Assembly: GCA_963696385.1 (NCBI GenBank)
Contig: CAVOKF010000007.1
Span: forward strand, 1,152,001-1,216,000
Reading direction: 5' to 3'
DNA from: an uncultured delta proteobacterium
GTDB lineage: Bacteria > Myxococcota_A > Polyangia > Polyangiales > Polyangiaceae
Length of the DNA stretch: 64,000 nucleotides
The notes under the pieces are model-generated. The model was not told the DNA's origin and did not search any database. It saw only the letters and a list, made by a program, of their open reading frames with translations. Position numbers and translations under genes: made by a program. Positions 50,304-59,207 of this stretch are shown piece after piece (the stretch's first letter is position 1; each line of letters starts with the position of its first letter).

Positions 50304-50497
50304 CGGTAGCTTCCCGAGGTCGATCCCATGGCGATGCCGGTGTCCGGCTCCATGATGGAACAGGGCCGGGGCTTCCGGCTCACCCAGCGGTGTGCGGGCA
50401 ACGTAGAACCGGATAGCACATTTCGCGTCGGCGGCCCTCGAAACGGGGAATGTTCCATTCTGGCTGTAGGTCGCGGGAAGCGGCGGCTCGTTTTCGA

Positions 50498-50535
50498 TTT
50501 ACGCACTATTTATGCATGGGCACACGCTATTTATT
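50498..50535 (+). promoter_or_regulatory. Putative KdpE box upstream of kdpE
   Basis: TTTACG (50498) and TTTATG (50509) 11 bp apart, third TTTATT at 50530, in an AT-rich patch. Confidence 0.5.
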
Positions 50536-50585
50536 GAAATAGTACACCCGACCTTGCATGCCGAAGTCATCATCTGGCGACGACG

Positions 50586-51371
50586 ATGGAGGGCGAGGTC
50601 ACGATGAGCGAGGACACGACCGTAGGCCGCGCGAGCGAACCGCCGCCCCGAACGGCGGGGGCCCCGAGCACGCGGGCCATGATGCCCTTGATCCTGGTCG
50701 TCGAGGACGACGCTCGAATGCGCAAATACCTTCGCTCGACGCTCATCGACGAGCGCTTCCGGGTCGTGGACGCCGAAACCGGGTCGCAGGCGCTCGCCCA
50801 GGCGGGGGGTCACAATCCCGACTTCGTCGTCCTCGACTTTGGCCTTCCGGACCTGGACGCCGTGCAGGTAACGACCAAACTGCGCGAATGGTCGGCCGCG
50901 CCGATCCTGGTTCTTTCTGCGCATGACGACGAGCAAGACAAAATCGCCGCCCTCGATGCAGGCGCAAACGACTTCTTGACCAAACCGTTTGGGACGGGAG
51001 AGCTTCTTGCCCGCATCCGCGTCTGGCTGCGGCATAGCCAGCGGGCCGATGCGGATTCGCTCGAATCGGTGCTTGAGGTCGGAGACCTCCGAATCGATTT
51101 TGCGAAGCAGAGCGTGTCCGTTCGGGGCCAAGAAGTCCGGTTGACTCCGACGCAGTACAAGTTGTTCGGCGTCATGATACGAAACGCCGGCAGGGTGCTC
51201 ACGCACGAGCAGATCCTCTTTATGGTCTGGGGCTCCTCCTATGCCAAGGAGACGCAGTATCTGCGCGTATACATGGGCAAGCTCCGGCAAAAGTTCGAGG
51301 TCGATCCGGCGCGTCCAAAGTATTTCCTGACCGAGCCTGGCGTGGGGTACCGGCTGCGCGGCGAGGGTTGA
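50586..51371 (+). CDS. kdpE: KdpE-like OmpR-family response regulator (start may be 50604 or later)
   Basis: LVVEDD, LDFGLPD, LDAGANDFLTKPF, GRVLTHEQIL..VWG, YLRVYMGKLRQKFEVDPARPKYFLTEPGVGYR. Confidence 0.9.
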   Translation: MEGEVTMSEDTTVGRASEPPPRTAGAPSTRAMMPLILVVEDDARMRKYLRSTLIDERFRVVDAETGSQALAQAGGHNPDFVVLDFGLPDLDAVQVTTKLREWSAAPILVLSAHDDEQDKIAALDAGANDFLTKPFGTGELLARIRVWLRHSQRADADSLESVLEVGDLRIDFAKQSVSVRGQEVRLTPTQYKLFGVMIRNAGRVLTHEQILFMVWGSSYAKETQYLRVYMGKLRQKFEVDPARPKYFLTEPGVGYRLRGEG

Positions 51372-51473
51372 ACCGCGCGGGCGCCCGAGCGGCTCTCGAT
51401 TTTGACAGGACGGTCCAGTCGATCGCTTCACGTTCGCGATGCGCCAGCTCTGTTGGATTCGTGCGCACGGAGG

Positions 51474-51617
51474 GGCAGAACTACTGGACGGCGGACGTCG
51501 GGCATCCACAACGGATGCGCCTCGGCGAACGCCATGGCGCGGGCGGCAGAACTACTGGACGGCGGACGTCGAGCTCCGCAACGGATGCGCCTCGGCGAAC
51601 GCCATGGCGCGGGCGGC
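51474..51617. repeat. ~71-bp imperfect tandem duplication of a gene 3' end
   Basis: GGCAGAACTACTGGACGGCGGACGTCG...CAACGGATGCGCCTCGGCGAACGCCATGGCGCGGGC starts at 51474 and at 51545. Confidence 0.88.
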
Positions 51618-52079
51618 GAGCTTGATGTTGGAGGGAGCGTCGTTCGCCTCGAGCGTGACCGAGTAGTTGCCATTCTCGGGCTTCACTTCCACAGTCACCC
51701 AGGTGTCGGGAAGCCAGAACGGGTCCTCGGGCAACGAGGCGTGGTCGAGCTTTCCGAGAAGCGCGCGTGCGCCGTGGCACTGCAGGATTCGCGTCATCCG
51801 GTCCGCCGAAACGCCTTCGGGCGGGCGGATGACCAGTTTGGCCCCATCGACGCGCCGCTCGGCGTCATTGCCGCCGTGGGTAAGAACGTGGGAATAAAGA
51901 GGCTCGGCCTGAATGACGGAGGCACTTTGCACGATCTGGAGCTCGGCGTCGCTCGCCTTGCCGGAGTCGCACTGGACGCGTTCAACCTCGGCAGCCTGAG
52001 TGGCGGGCGGAAGAGTGGCGGCGCAACCGACCATCGCCGGTAGAGCCAGCGGCAGGAGCCCGAGAAAGACTTTGTTCAT
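51552..52079 (-). CDS. Uncharacterised lipoprotein, paralog 1
   Basis: GAGGTG RBS; MNKVFLGLLPLALPAMVGC lipobox; CDSG, AEPLYS, GAKLVIRPPEGVSAD, LQCH, DPFWLP. Confidence 0.85.
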   Translation of the reverse strand: MNKVFLGLLPLALPAMVGCAATLPPATQAAEVERVQCDSGKASDAELQIVQSASVIQAEPLYSHVLTHGGNDAERRVDGAKLVIRPPEGVSADRMTRILQCHGARALLGKLDHASLPEDPFWLPDTWVTVEVKPENGNYSVTLEANDAPSNIKLAARAMAFAEAHPLRSSTSAVQ

Positions 52080-52104
52080 GATTTGCACCTCTGCGAAGTG
52101 CCTT

Positions 52105-52119
52105 ACAAGCATCATGCCA
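52105..52119 (-). promoter_or_regulatory. Possible sigma54-like promoter for paralog 1
   Basis: Minus strand TGGCATG-ATGC-TTGT (GT instead of GC at -12). Confidence 0.35.
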
Positions 52120-52452
52120 AGATCGTTTCGACAAGAACCGGGCCGAAACATATCGGAAACGAAGTCTCAGGACGGGGCATGCTGGTGCGGCAGCCCGTTT
52201 CACTGGGACCGTTTGCGACGGACCGTCTCGTGGCCTCGGGCTCGAAAGGCAAGGGCCGCCTACCCTACATCTGGCTCCACCGGCATACGCGAGAACGTCC
52301 CACGCTGGGATTTCGCCTGAGAGCGCCCGCTCGCCCAGCAAGAACTCTATGCCGTTGAGGCCGGATGCTTGATATCCGGGTTTATTCCGCAACCCCCTTG
52401 TTTCGCGGTGATGGCATGTTCATGGTGTTCGACACGATTCTCGAGGTGCACC

Positions 52453-52958
52453 TTGAAAACAGCCGTTCTCGCGGTTCTCCCGATGGCAGCGCTGACCGTG
52501 GCTTGTGCGTCCGCATTTCCCCCGCGGAACAGGCCGCCGAGGTCGAACGAACTCAGTGCGATTCCGGCGCGGTTGCGGAGGGCGTCATTCGCTCGGTCAA
52601 GGTGATCGAAGCCGAGCCTCTCTATTCGTATTCGGCGTCGAACGCAGGCGACAACGACCTGAAGATCGTTGAAGGTGCCAAGATCGTCGTCAGGCCTCCT
52701 GAGGGGGTGTCTGCGGATAAGCTATTGAGAATCTTGCAATGCCACAGTGCTCAGGTGTTGCTTGGGCAGCGGGCCAACGTGGCCACCGACCCGTTTTGGT
52801 TGCCGGGCACGTGGCTGAACATCGATGTGAAGCCGGAGCACGGCAACTATGCCGTCACACTCGAAGCGGACACGGTTCGCGACAACCTCAAGGTCGCCGC
52901 GCACGCGATGGCATTTGGCAAGGCGCAGGCTCTCGCCGGTAACTCCATCGACCAATAA
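52453..52958 (+). pseudogene. Uncharacterised lipoprotein, paralog 2, frameshifted in a C5 run (52519-52523)
   Basis: GAGGTG RBS and TTG give MKTAVLAVLPMAALTVACASAFP; the body AEQAAEVERTQCDSG... is in another frame; adding one C restores FPPAEQAAEVER. Confidence 0.82.
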
Positions 52959-53018
52959 GCGGGGATACGGACGGAACCTCGATCAAGTCGGCGCCTTCGG
53001 TCGCCATCGAAACGGTCT

Positions 53019-54437
53019 CTACGGCGACGCCGGCGGACTGCGAGGCGCGGGCTTGACGGCGGCTTTGACGAATTTCAACGTCATCCGATCGCTTTCGCCG
53101 ATGGCCTTGTACTTTTCTCGGTCCTTGTCGCCGAGGCGCAGCGTCGGCGGCAGCGTCGAGACGCCTTCCGGATAATCCTTGGTATCGTTCGGATTGGCGT
53201 TGATCTCGGACTTGGCTGCGAAATCGAACCCCGCAGCCTGGATCTGGGCAATGGCCCATTTCTCGGGCACATATCCCTTCTTTGCGCTCTCGACGGGATC
53301 GGCGTCCGCCACGGCGCGATGCTCCTCGATCCCCAGAACGCCGCCCGGCTTGAGCACGCGGTGAATCTCCTCGAGCCAGGACGTGAGCGTCCCGTTGTTC
53401 TGCCACCCGTGCAGGCCGCGCATGACGATTACCAGGTCGAACGTGTCGTCGCTGCCGAGCTTGGGGGCCTTTGAATCGACCACGACCGTCTCGACCTTGC
53501 TGTAGATCTCCGGCGCCGTATCGAGCAATGCCCGGAAGCGCTGCCCTTCGAAGGTGTCGCGTGCATCGGGGGGGCCGTTCGGGTCGCCGCTCGTCGCGAC
53601 GTAGCGGCCGTGCTCGTGCAGCGCCGGGGCGAGCAGCTCCGTGTACCAGCCGTCGCCGGGCCCCACGTCGAGCACCGTCATCGTCGGCTTGAAACCGAAA
53701 AAAGAGAGGGTCTCGACCGGGTGACGGTACGTGTCGCGCTCGGCATCACCCGGATTGCGGTGCGCCCCTTTTGCGACCGCGGCGATCGCCGCCTTGCCGC
53801 TTGCGTACGTTTTGCCGGCAAGGGCCTTCGCCTCCGCATGGATCTGGGGTGTCCAGCGGTCGAGCTCGGCCTTGTGCTCGGCCTCCCACTTCGCACGATC
53901 TTCCTGAAGTTCGCGATTCCGCCTGACGGCACGGTGAGGACGAGCCACGTGACGCTCGGCCCGATCGAGGACCCTTCTGGCGTCGGCGATCGAGTCGATC
54001 GTCACGCGCACCGAGAAGCCGTCGCCTTCCGAATGCGTGTCGATGTCGAGCCAGCGATCGGGCAGCACGTACGGGTCGTCGTCCCGCACTTCGATCTGCC
54101 CGAGGATCGCTCGGACCTGATGGCATTCGAGGCTGCGCGTAATCTCTTCGGGTGCCTGGCCATGGCCGGCCGCTGGGAGCAGGTACATCCGAGCGCCCAT
54201 CAAGTTCGCACGTCGGTCGTTGCCCGACGGCACGATCGCGTTGTCCGGCTCCACGCGTTCGATCACCGCAGGAGCCATCAGCGTGGCGGCGGCGGCTTCT
54301 GAAGATGCCTTGCACTTGGGCTCGACCTCATGGGCCCGGTCGATCGCCGTTCGAGTGTCCGGCAAAATGGGCCCCAAGACGCTCCCGACGCTCCCGCAAC
54401 CGGCAAGCGTCAGACAGAAGGCGATTTCTTTACCCAC
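53019..54437 (-). CDS. Fusion of lipoprotein paralog 3 with a class I SAM methyltransferase (COG4798-like)
   Basis: N-terminal LAGC lipobox, VEP, GARM, LECH, DPYVLPDRW; C-terminal RDTYRHPVETLSFFG, LDVGPGDGWYTE, LKPGGVLGIEEHR, SEINANP.D, IGESDRMTLKFVK. Confidence 0.8.
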   Translation of the reverse strand: MGKEIAFCLTLAGCGSVGSVLGPILPDTRTAIDRAHEVEPKCKASSEAAAATLMAPAVIERVEPDNAIVPSGNDRRANLMGARMYLLPAAGHGQAPEEITRSLECHQVRAILGQIEVRDDDPYVLPDRWLDIDTHSEGDGFSVRVTIDSIADARRVLDRAERHVARPHRAVRRNRELQEDRAKWEAEHKAELDRWTPQIHAEAKALAGKTYASGKAAIAAVAKGAHRNPGDAERDTYRHPVETLSFFGFKPTMTVLDVGPGDGWYTELLAPALHEHGRYVATSGDPNGPPDARDTFEGQRFRALLDTAPEIYSKVETVVVDSKAPKLGSDDTFDLVIVMRGLHGWQNNGTLTSWLEEIHRVLKPGGVLGIEEHRAVADADPVESAKKGYVPEKWAIAQIQAAGFDFAAKSEINANPNDTKDYPEGVSTLPPTLRLGDKDREKYKAIGESDRMTLKFVKAAVKPAPRSPPASP

Positions 54438-54622
54438 GGGGCCCGACTCTAGCCGATGTCCACCGAGGGGCCAGCCAAGCCACCCCGGCGGCCACATCGC
54501 AAAACGGTCGTGGAGCTCCGGGGCCGTGGCACACACGTCCCCAGGCTCGCGCCGTGAAGGCCGAACTCGACACCCGAGGCGAGCCTACGGCCGGCGCGAG
54601 CGTGAAGAAGATCGAGTCTCTC

Positions 54623-55300
54623 TCACTGCCCCGAAGCGTCAGAGGGGGCTCCATCCATCGACGAGCCTTCAGCCGGAGCATCCATGGCGGAACTGTCCGA
54701 AGACGCGCCGTCGGTGGACGAGCTCTCAGGAGACGCACCGTCCGTAGACGAGCTCTCAGAAGCCCCCCCGTCGGTTGAGGAGCTCTCAGGAGACGCTCCG
54801 TCGGTTGACGCGTCCTCTGAGGAGCTGCCCGCATCCGTGCCCGCTTCCGCCATCATGGCGAGGCAAGCGATGGGGTCCGGCGCTTGGACGCACGAGCAAT
54901 CCACGCCCGGCGGGTATTGGCTCGCGGGCAGCGGTCCGTAATTGACGGGCGCCGGATAATTCTCTCCCATAATGCACGGACACAACGGCGATTGGTTCGC
55001 CGTGGTGCACGACGCGAAGATGATGGAGAGCGCGCCCCCGGCGCAGCCGGGCTGACAAAACGCGTTGCTGCTCATGCCCGACACGGGACAACAATAGGTT
55101 TCCGGACAATCGGTCACCGGTCCGCAAACGAGATCGCTGCTGGCGCAGTCGTTGTGGCTGAGGGCCATCACACAGCGATCGCCTTCGTGTCCCTCGTTGC
55201 ACCCCGCCGCGGCGAGAGCCAGCGCGGCCGCCACGGCCCAAAGCAGGCGCTCGACCCGAGCGCGGCCGACCTCACGAGTAGAAAAAGCCGACGTTTTCAT
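54623..55300 (-). CDS. Cys-rich lipoprotein with acidic Ser/Asp repeat tail
   Basis: LAAAGC lipobox, 14 further Cys, tail of STDGASPESS-like repeats. Confidence 0.75.
   Translation of the reverse strand: MKTSAFSTREVGRARVERLLWAVAAALALAAAGCNEGHEGDRCVMALSHNDCASSDLVCGPVTDCPETYCCPVSGMSSNAFCQPGCAGGALSIIFASCTTANQSPLCPCIMGENYPAPVNYGPLPASQYPPGVDCSCVQAPDPIACLAMMAEAGTDAGSSSEDASTDGASPESSSTDGGASESSSTDGASPESSSTDGASSDSSAMDAPAEGSSMDGAPSDASGQ
54690..54810. repeat. 30-bp degenerate tandem repeat x4
   Basis: GAGCTCTCAG(G/A)AG..C.CCGTC.GT.GA. units at 54720, 54750, 54780 and a diverged unit at 54690. Confidence 0.8.
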
Positions 55301-55363
55301 GCCGCCTCTCTGGATGGACCTGGAAACACGGAAAGTGCTTTTCTTGGTATGCATGGTGTCGCC

Positions 55364-56972
55364 TCAAAATCGCACGAGGGCGGCGAAAATAATCCGGTCG
55401 TCGTTTTTGACCAGATCCGGCCTCCAGCCCGTCGGTACCGGGGTGGTGATGTAGCCGTCGGGCGACGTGACGCCGCCGTGGCCCGCAAAGTACGGCACGT
55501 TCGCCCCGCGGTGGTTCCACTCGACGCTGTAGGTGACCTGCTCGATCGGCATGTACTGGAAGCCGAAATCGTAGTCCACGCCGTCGAACTTGGCGCCGGG
55601 GTTGTAGTCGTAGGGATTGGTCGCAGGGGTGTAACTGACGCCATCCACGCTCAAGTTTTGGGGGACCCCCGACGCCTGGCCGGTCGGCGCGAGGAGCAGG
55701 TAGCGGCTCGGCATGTGCACGAAGCCACCTCCGAACGTGAACGCGAGGTGATCGCCGAACCAGGTGCGGTGGTAGGCCATCCCGCTCAAAAACTGCGATG
55801 TGCACGGGGTCTTGGTGGTGCAGTGCCCCTCGGTGCCGCTTCCGCCGAACGCGGTCACCCCGTCGCCTTGCTGCCCTCCAATGTCGAACGTCCACGATTC
55901 CGCCATCTTCGTGATGAACCCCCCGCTCGGGTTATCGTAGAGTTTAATGGTTGCGCTGTTGTCGCTGTGGAAGCGAAGCTGTCCCGGGTTGTCCTGGGTG
56001 TCCCATCCGACGTACTGGTTGGCAAGCACCGAGACCCACTCATTGGGTCGCCAGAGGATTTGGTCGCCGAACCCCGGCATCTCGTTGAACACGCCGTACG
56101 TTTGCCACCCGTTGATCGAACCACGGCTCGATCTTGAGCCTGTCGCTCGGAAAAATTTGGATGCGCACCCCGTTGAAAAACCAGGGCGTCATATCGGACG
56201 TGTACGACGCCAGGTAATTCCAGTTTTCGAAGTTGTCGTATGAAAACAGTCCCACGTACGACATGAAAATACCGGCGTCGATGTTGATGCCGTTGAGTAC
56301 GTCGAGGTGCACGCCGCCGTTCGCTTCGCTGATGTACCGGAAGGCGTCTTGCAAGTCGAACTGACCGCGAAATGTGCTGAAGTCGTTGCGGGGCACGAGC
56401 TCCGACCGAATGCCGAACTGAGTCAACAGCCGGGCGCGCGCATTTTTGTAGTGAAAGTCCCCTCCAAACCCGACGAAAGCGAGCGTGACTTCGTTGTCGC
56501 GGGACAGCGCCGTCGAGCCGACGACCGTGTCGTCGATGGGATGGTCGAGCGACGATGTATAGTTGACGTCGAGAAGGAAGGTGCCGGTAAATATGTCGCT
56601 GTCGAGGAGCGCCTTGTGCTGGCGGTTCGTGCCGTTGAGCCAGGTGAAGTCCCCATACGCGAAGGGCTCCGCGGGTTTCTCCTTGGTAGGGGCAGGCCCT
56701 TCGGCGGGCTCACTGGGAGGCGGGGGCGCATACGGCATGGCCGGCGATGGCGCGGCCGTGACGGGGGGCGCTGGCGCCGGAGCTGGCGGCGCCGTGGGGG
56801 CGGGTGCCGTGGGGGCAGGTGCCATGGCCGCAGGGGGCGCGGTGGGTGCAGCGGCCGACGGCGGCGCCTCGGGGGCAGGTGGTCGAGCGAGCGACGTGCC
56901 CTCGGACAGCACGATACAGGCGATCGTGCCGACCCATGCGCTGTGAGTGCGCAGCGAACTAAAGCGAACCAT
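55364..56972 (-). pseudogene. Outer-membrane beta-barrel porin (BBP2/DUF1597-like, kdp-associated type) split by a frameshift near 56117
   Basis: ORF 56040..56972 has a signal peptide, PFAYGDFTWLNG, AGIFMSYVGLFSY, TPWFFNG, KIEPW; the other frame continues INGWQTYG...ALVRF. Removing one base joins them. Confidence 0.82.
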
Positions 56973-57121
56973 GCATTTGACTCCTCAGTGGGGTCGCGAA
57001 TGGAACGTGAGCATCGCGACGTCGTGGGCGAGAAGAGTGGCGGGTGATGACAGAGCGCCACGCCCTCAACAAGGAACGTTTGAGGATGTGTCGCATGCGC
57101 CGGACTCTAGAGGCATACGTT

Positions 57122-57137
57122 CTAAAAATTCGCTAAA
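57122..57137 (-). promoter_or_regulatory. Putative KdpE-type box upstream of the porin
   Basis: Minus strand TTTAGCGAATTTTTAG = TTTA-N7-TTTA in an AT-rich patch about 150 bp upstream of the ATG. Confidence 0.45.
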
Positions 57138-57482
57138 TAGGCTCTCTATTGTAATCAATATTCCGTGACAATCGATGTCCGGGTACGGCGCGTGAGACAT
57201 GGAGATACCGTAGCGAAACATTCATGACATGCACATTGCACGGTCGGCCAAAGCAAACGACCGAACGGGCGTGCCGAACACCGGGTGACGAATTCCGTCA
57301 AGGCGCGCTGCGCATCGGTCGACGCGCCACATGGGAGGGAGGGATGGGACGGATCGCAAACAGCGATCGTCTGCTGGCGTGACGGCTCACCTCGTGCTCG
57401 ACCCTGGGTCCGATGTCCTCTCCCGAGCTCCCCTGAGACGGGGCACGAGCCCATGCCGCTGGAGCGGATCGGTGGACATCAT

Positions 57483-57782
57483 CTACCGATGGCCGCTCGA
57501 ACACTTCCAGGAGAACCCCAATTCGAGTCGACGGATGACATAACCAGAAGAACGCCTTCTTTCCTTTGGGGTCGAACGTTCGCAACGACGCAGTTTTCCT
57601 TTGCAAGCCATGGCCGGCAGCTCGCAGTCGAGCAGCACGAGGTCGGCAGAAGGACCGCTCGCCCGTGCAAGCGCCTCGCCGCCCATTGCGGCTCCGATGA
57701 CTCGGAGGCCCTCCGAGCCGAGCACCCCACCCAGACACGGGCACATGGGGGCGTCCTCTTCAAGGACCCGCACGCGCGGCAA
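57483..57782 (-). pseudogene. Decayed response-regulator receiver domain
   Basis: PRVRVLEEDAPMCPCLGGVLGSEGLRVIGAAMGGEALARASGPSADLVLLDCELPAM aligns by eye with the KdpE N-terminus; similarity is lost afterwards and there is no KP motif. Confidence 0.6.
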
Positions 57783-58257
57783 CTGAGGCCCATCGGCCGA
57801 CTTTGACAGCGGGTCGACAGGGTGGGGGCGCCCGTCCGGAACGCACGGGCGGCTGCGGCGGTGGGTCGGGTTTGCACACACGTGACGCTAAGCGAACCCG
57901 TCCTGCAGGAGATGTAAAAAAAGCCCGCTTTTTTGTGTATTACATATAAATGATCCGGCTTGCGTCGGAGCCCGCCTTACGACGAGAACGGAAGCAATAT
58001 CGATGAGATCGACGTGGCTCACGGGGAGCGCAGGGAGCCCTTCGTGGCCCGATGCGTCGGGCGCTGCGATCGCTCGGGGCAACCGTCTGCCACGAGACCT
58101 TGCGCGGATGCAGACCACGCTCTTGAGCCACAGCGGCCACTGGGCCTGGGTTCGGTCGCGAACGTGAGCGCCTCCTTGCTCGCCCAGCGGCTCATGGAAT
58201 ACCTTGGAGCACCTCTTAGCCCGCACAGCAGCTCACGGCGCAGCTTCGCCGCTCGAC

Positions 58258-59178
58258 ATGAACCTACCGTCTTTGAAACTGACCCGTACTCTTGCCAGGA
58301 CCCTCCTCGTCGTGCAGAGCGTTGCCGCGAGTGCGTTCGGTCAGAGCCCTCCGCAGGGGCCCGCGACAGCCCCCTCATCGGCCCCATCCGCCGCGCGCTC
58401 TCCGGCAACGGCCCCCTCATCCGCCCCGACCAGCGCGCCCTCACCCGCCACAGGCCCCTCCCCTCTCTTCACCGTGGTGCCGCCGCCCCCAATCGTGCCG
58501 CTGCGTCTGCTCGTCCCCGTGCCCGTTCCCGCCGCGAAGCCTGGACCTTCGACCCCGTCCCGCCCCGCTGCGGTACCCGCCCCCGCCCCCACCCCCACAC
58601 CCCCCGCCGGGGTCGAGATTCATTTCGACGCGAACCAAGAAGGCGTCGCTCTGGCGTGGCGCCGCGACAACCCGGCGCGAGCGCAAGACACGTACAAATA
58701 CGTCGCGGATGACTCCGGCGACCTTTGCATTGCCCCGTGCGACACACGATTGCCACAGGCCAAACTGAGGATGGCCCTCTCGCTTCGAGGCGACGATCCC
58801 GTCGAAGTCAAAGAGCCCGTGATGGTGTCCGCGGCGACGACGTTGAGGGGCACCTACCTGTCCCAAGGCAAGACGCGCGCGCTCGGCATCCTGGCCATCG
58901 TCGGCGGCATCGTATCCGGCGCCCTATTGGACGCGATCGGAGTGACCGTCGCGACAGAAAACAATCCGTGGTCCGGCTGGCTGGTCTTCGGAATCGGCAA
59001 CGCCCTTGGGATCGGCGCCGTCGTCGTGGGAACGGTCCTTGTGCTCAAGAAGGATACCGCCACGATTGAGGTCATGCCGCAGACCATCGCGCCCGTCGGG
59101 GCGACGTTGGGGTGGAGCCCCGAGCGCGTCGCGGGGCTCACGGCAGGCGAGGGGCTCGTGCTGCGGGTGCGGTTCTAA
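58258..59178 (+). CDS. Hypothetical exported/membrane protein with Pro-rich N-terminus
   Basis: Signal peptide (ASAFG), PATAPSSAP repeats, LCIAPC, two C-terminal TM segments, ends LRVRF. Confidence 0.7.
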   Translation: MNLPSLKLTRTLARTLLVVQSVAASAFGQSPPQGPATAPSSAPSAARSPATAPSSAPTSAPSPATGPSPLFTVVPPPPIVPLRLLVPVPVPAAKPGPSTPSRPAAVPAPAPTPTPPAGVEIHFDANQEGVALAWRRDNPARAQDTYKYVADDSGDLCIAPCDTRLPQAKLRMALSLRGDDPVEVKEPVMVSAATTLRGTYLSQGKTRALGILAIVGGIVSGALLDAIGVTVATENNPWSGWLVFGIGNALGIGAVVVGTVLVLKKDTATIEVMPQTIAPVGATLGWSPERVAGLTAGEGLVLRVRF

Positions 59179-59207
59179 CCGAAAGGGCCGGACCCTTCGC
59201 GGGCCGC

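Noticed and set aside
57224..57239. sigma54-like TGACATG-CACA-TTGCA
   Set aside because: The invariant -24 GG is GA, and no clear downstream gene lies on that strand.
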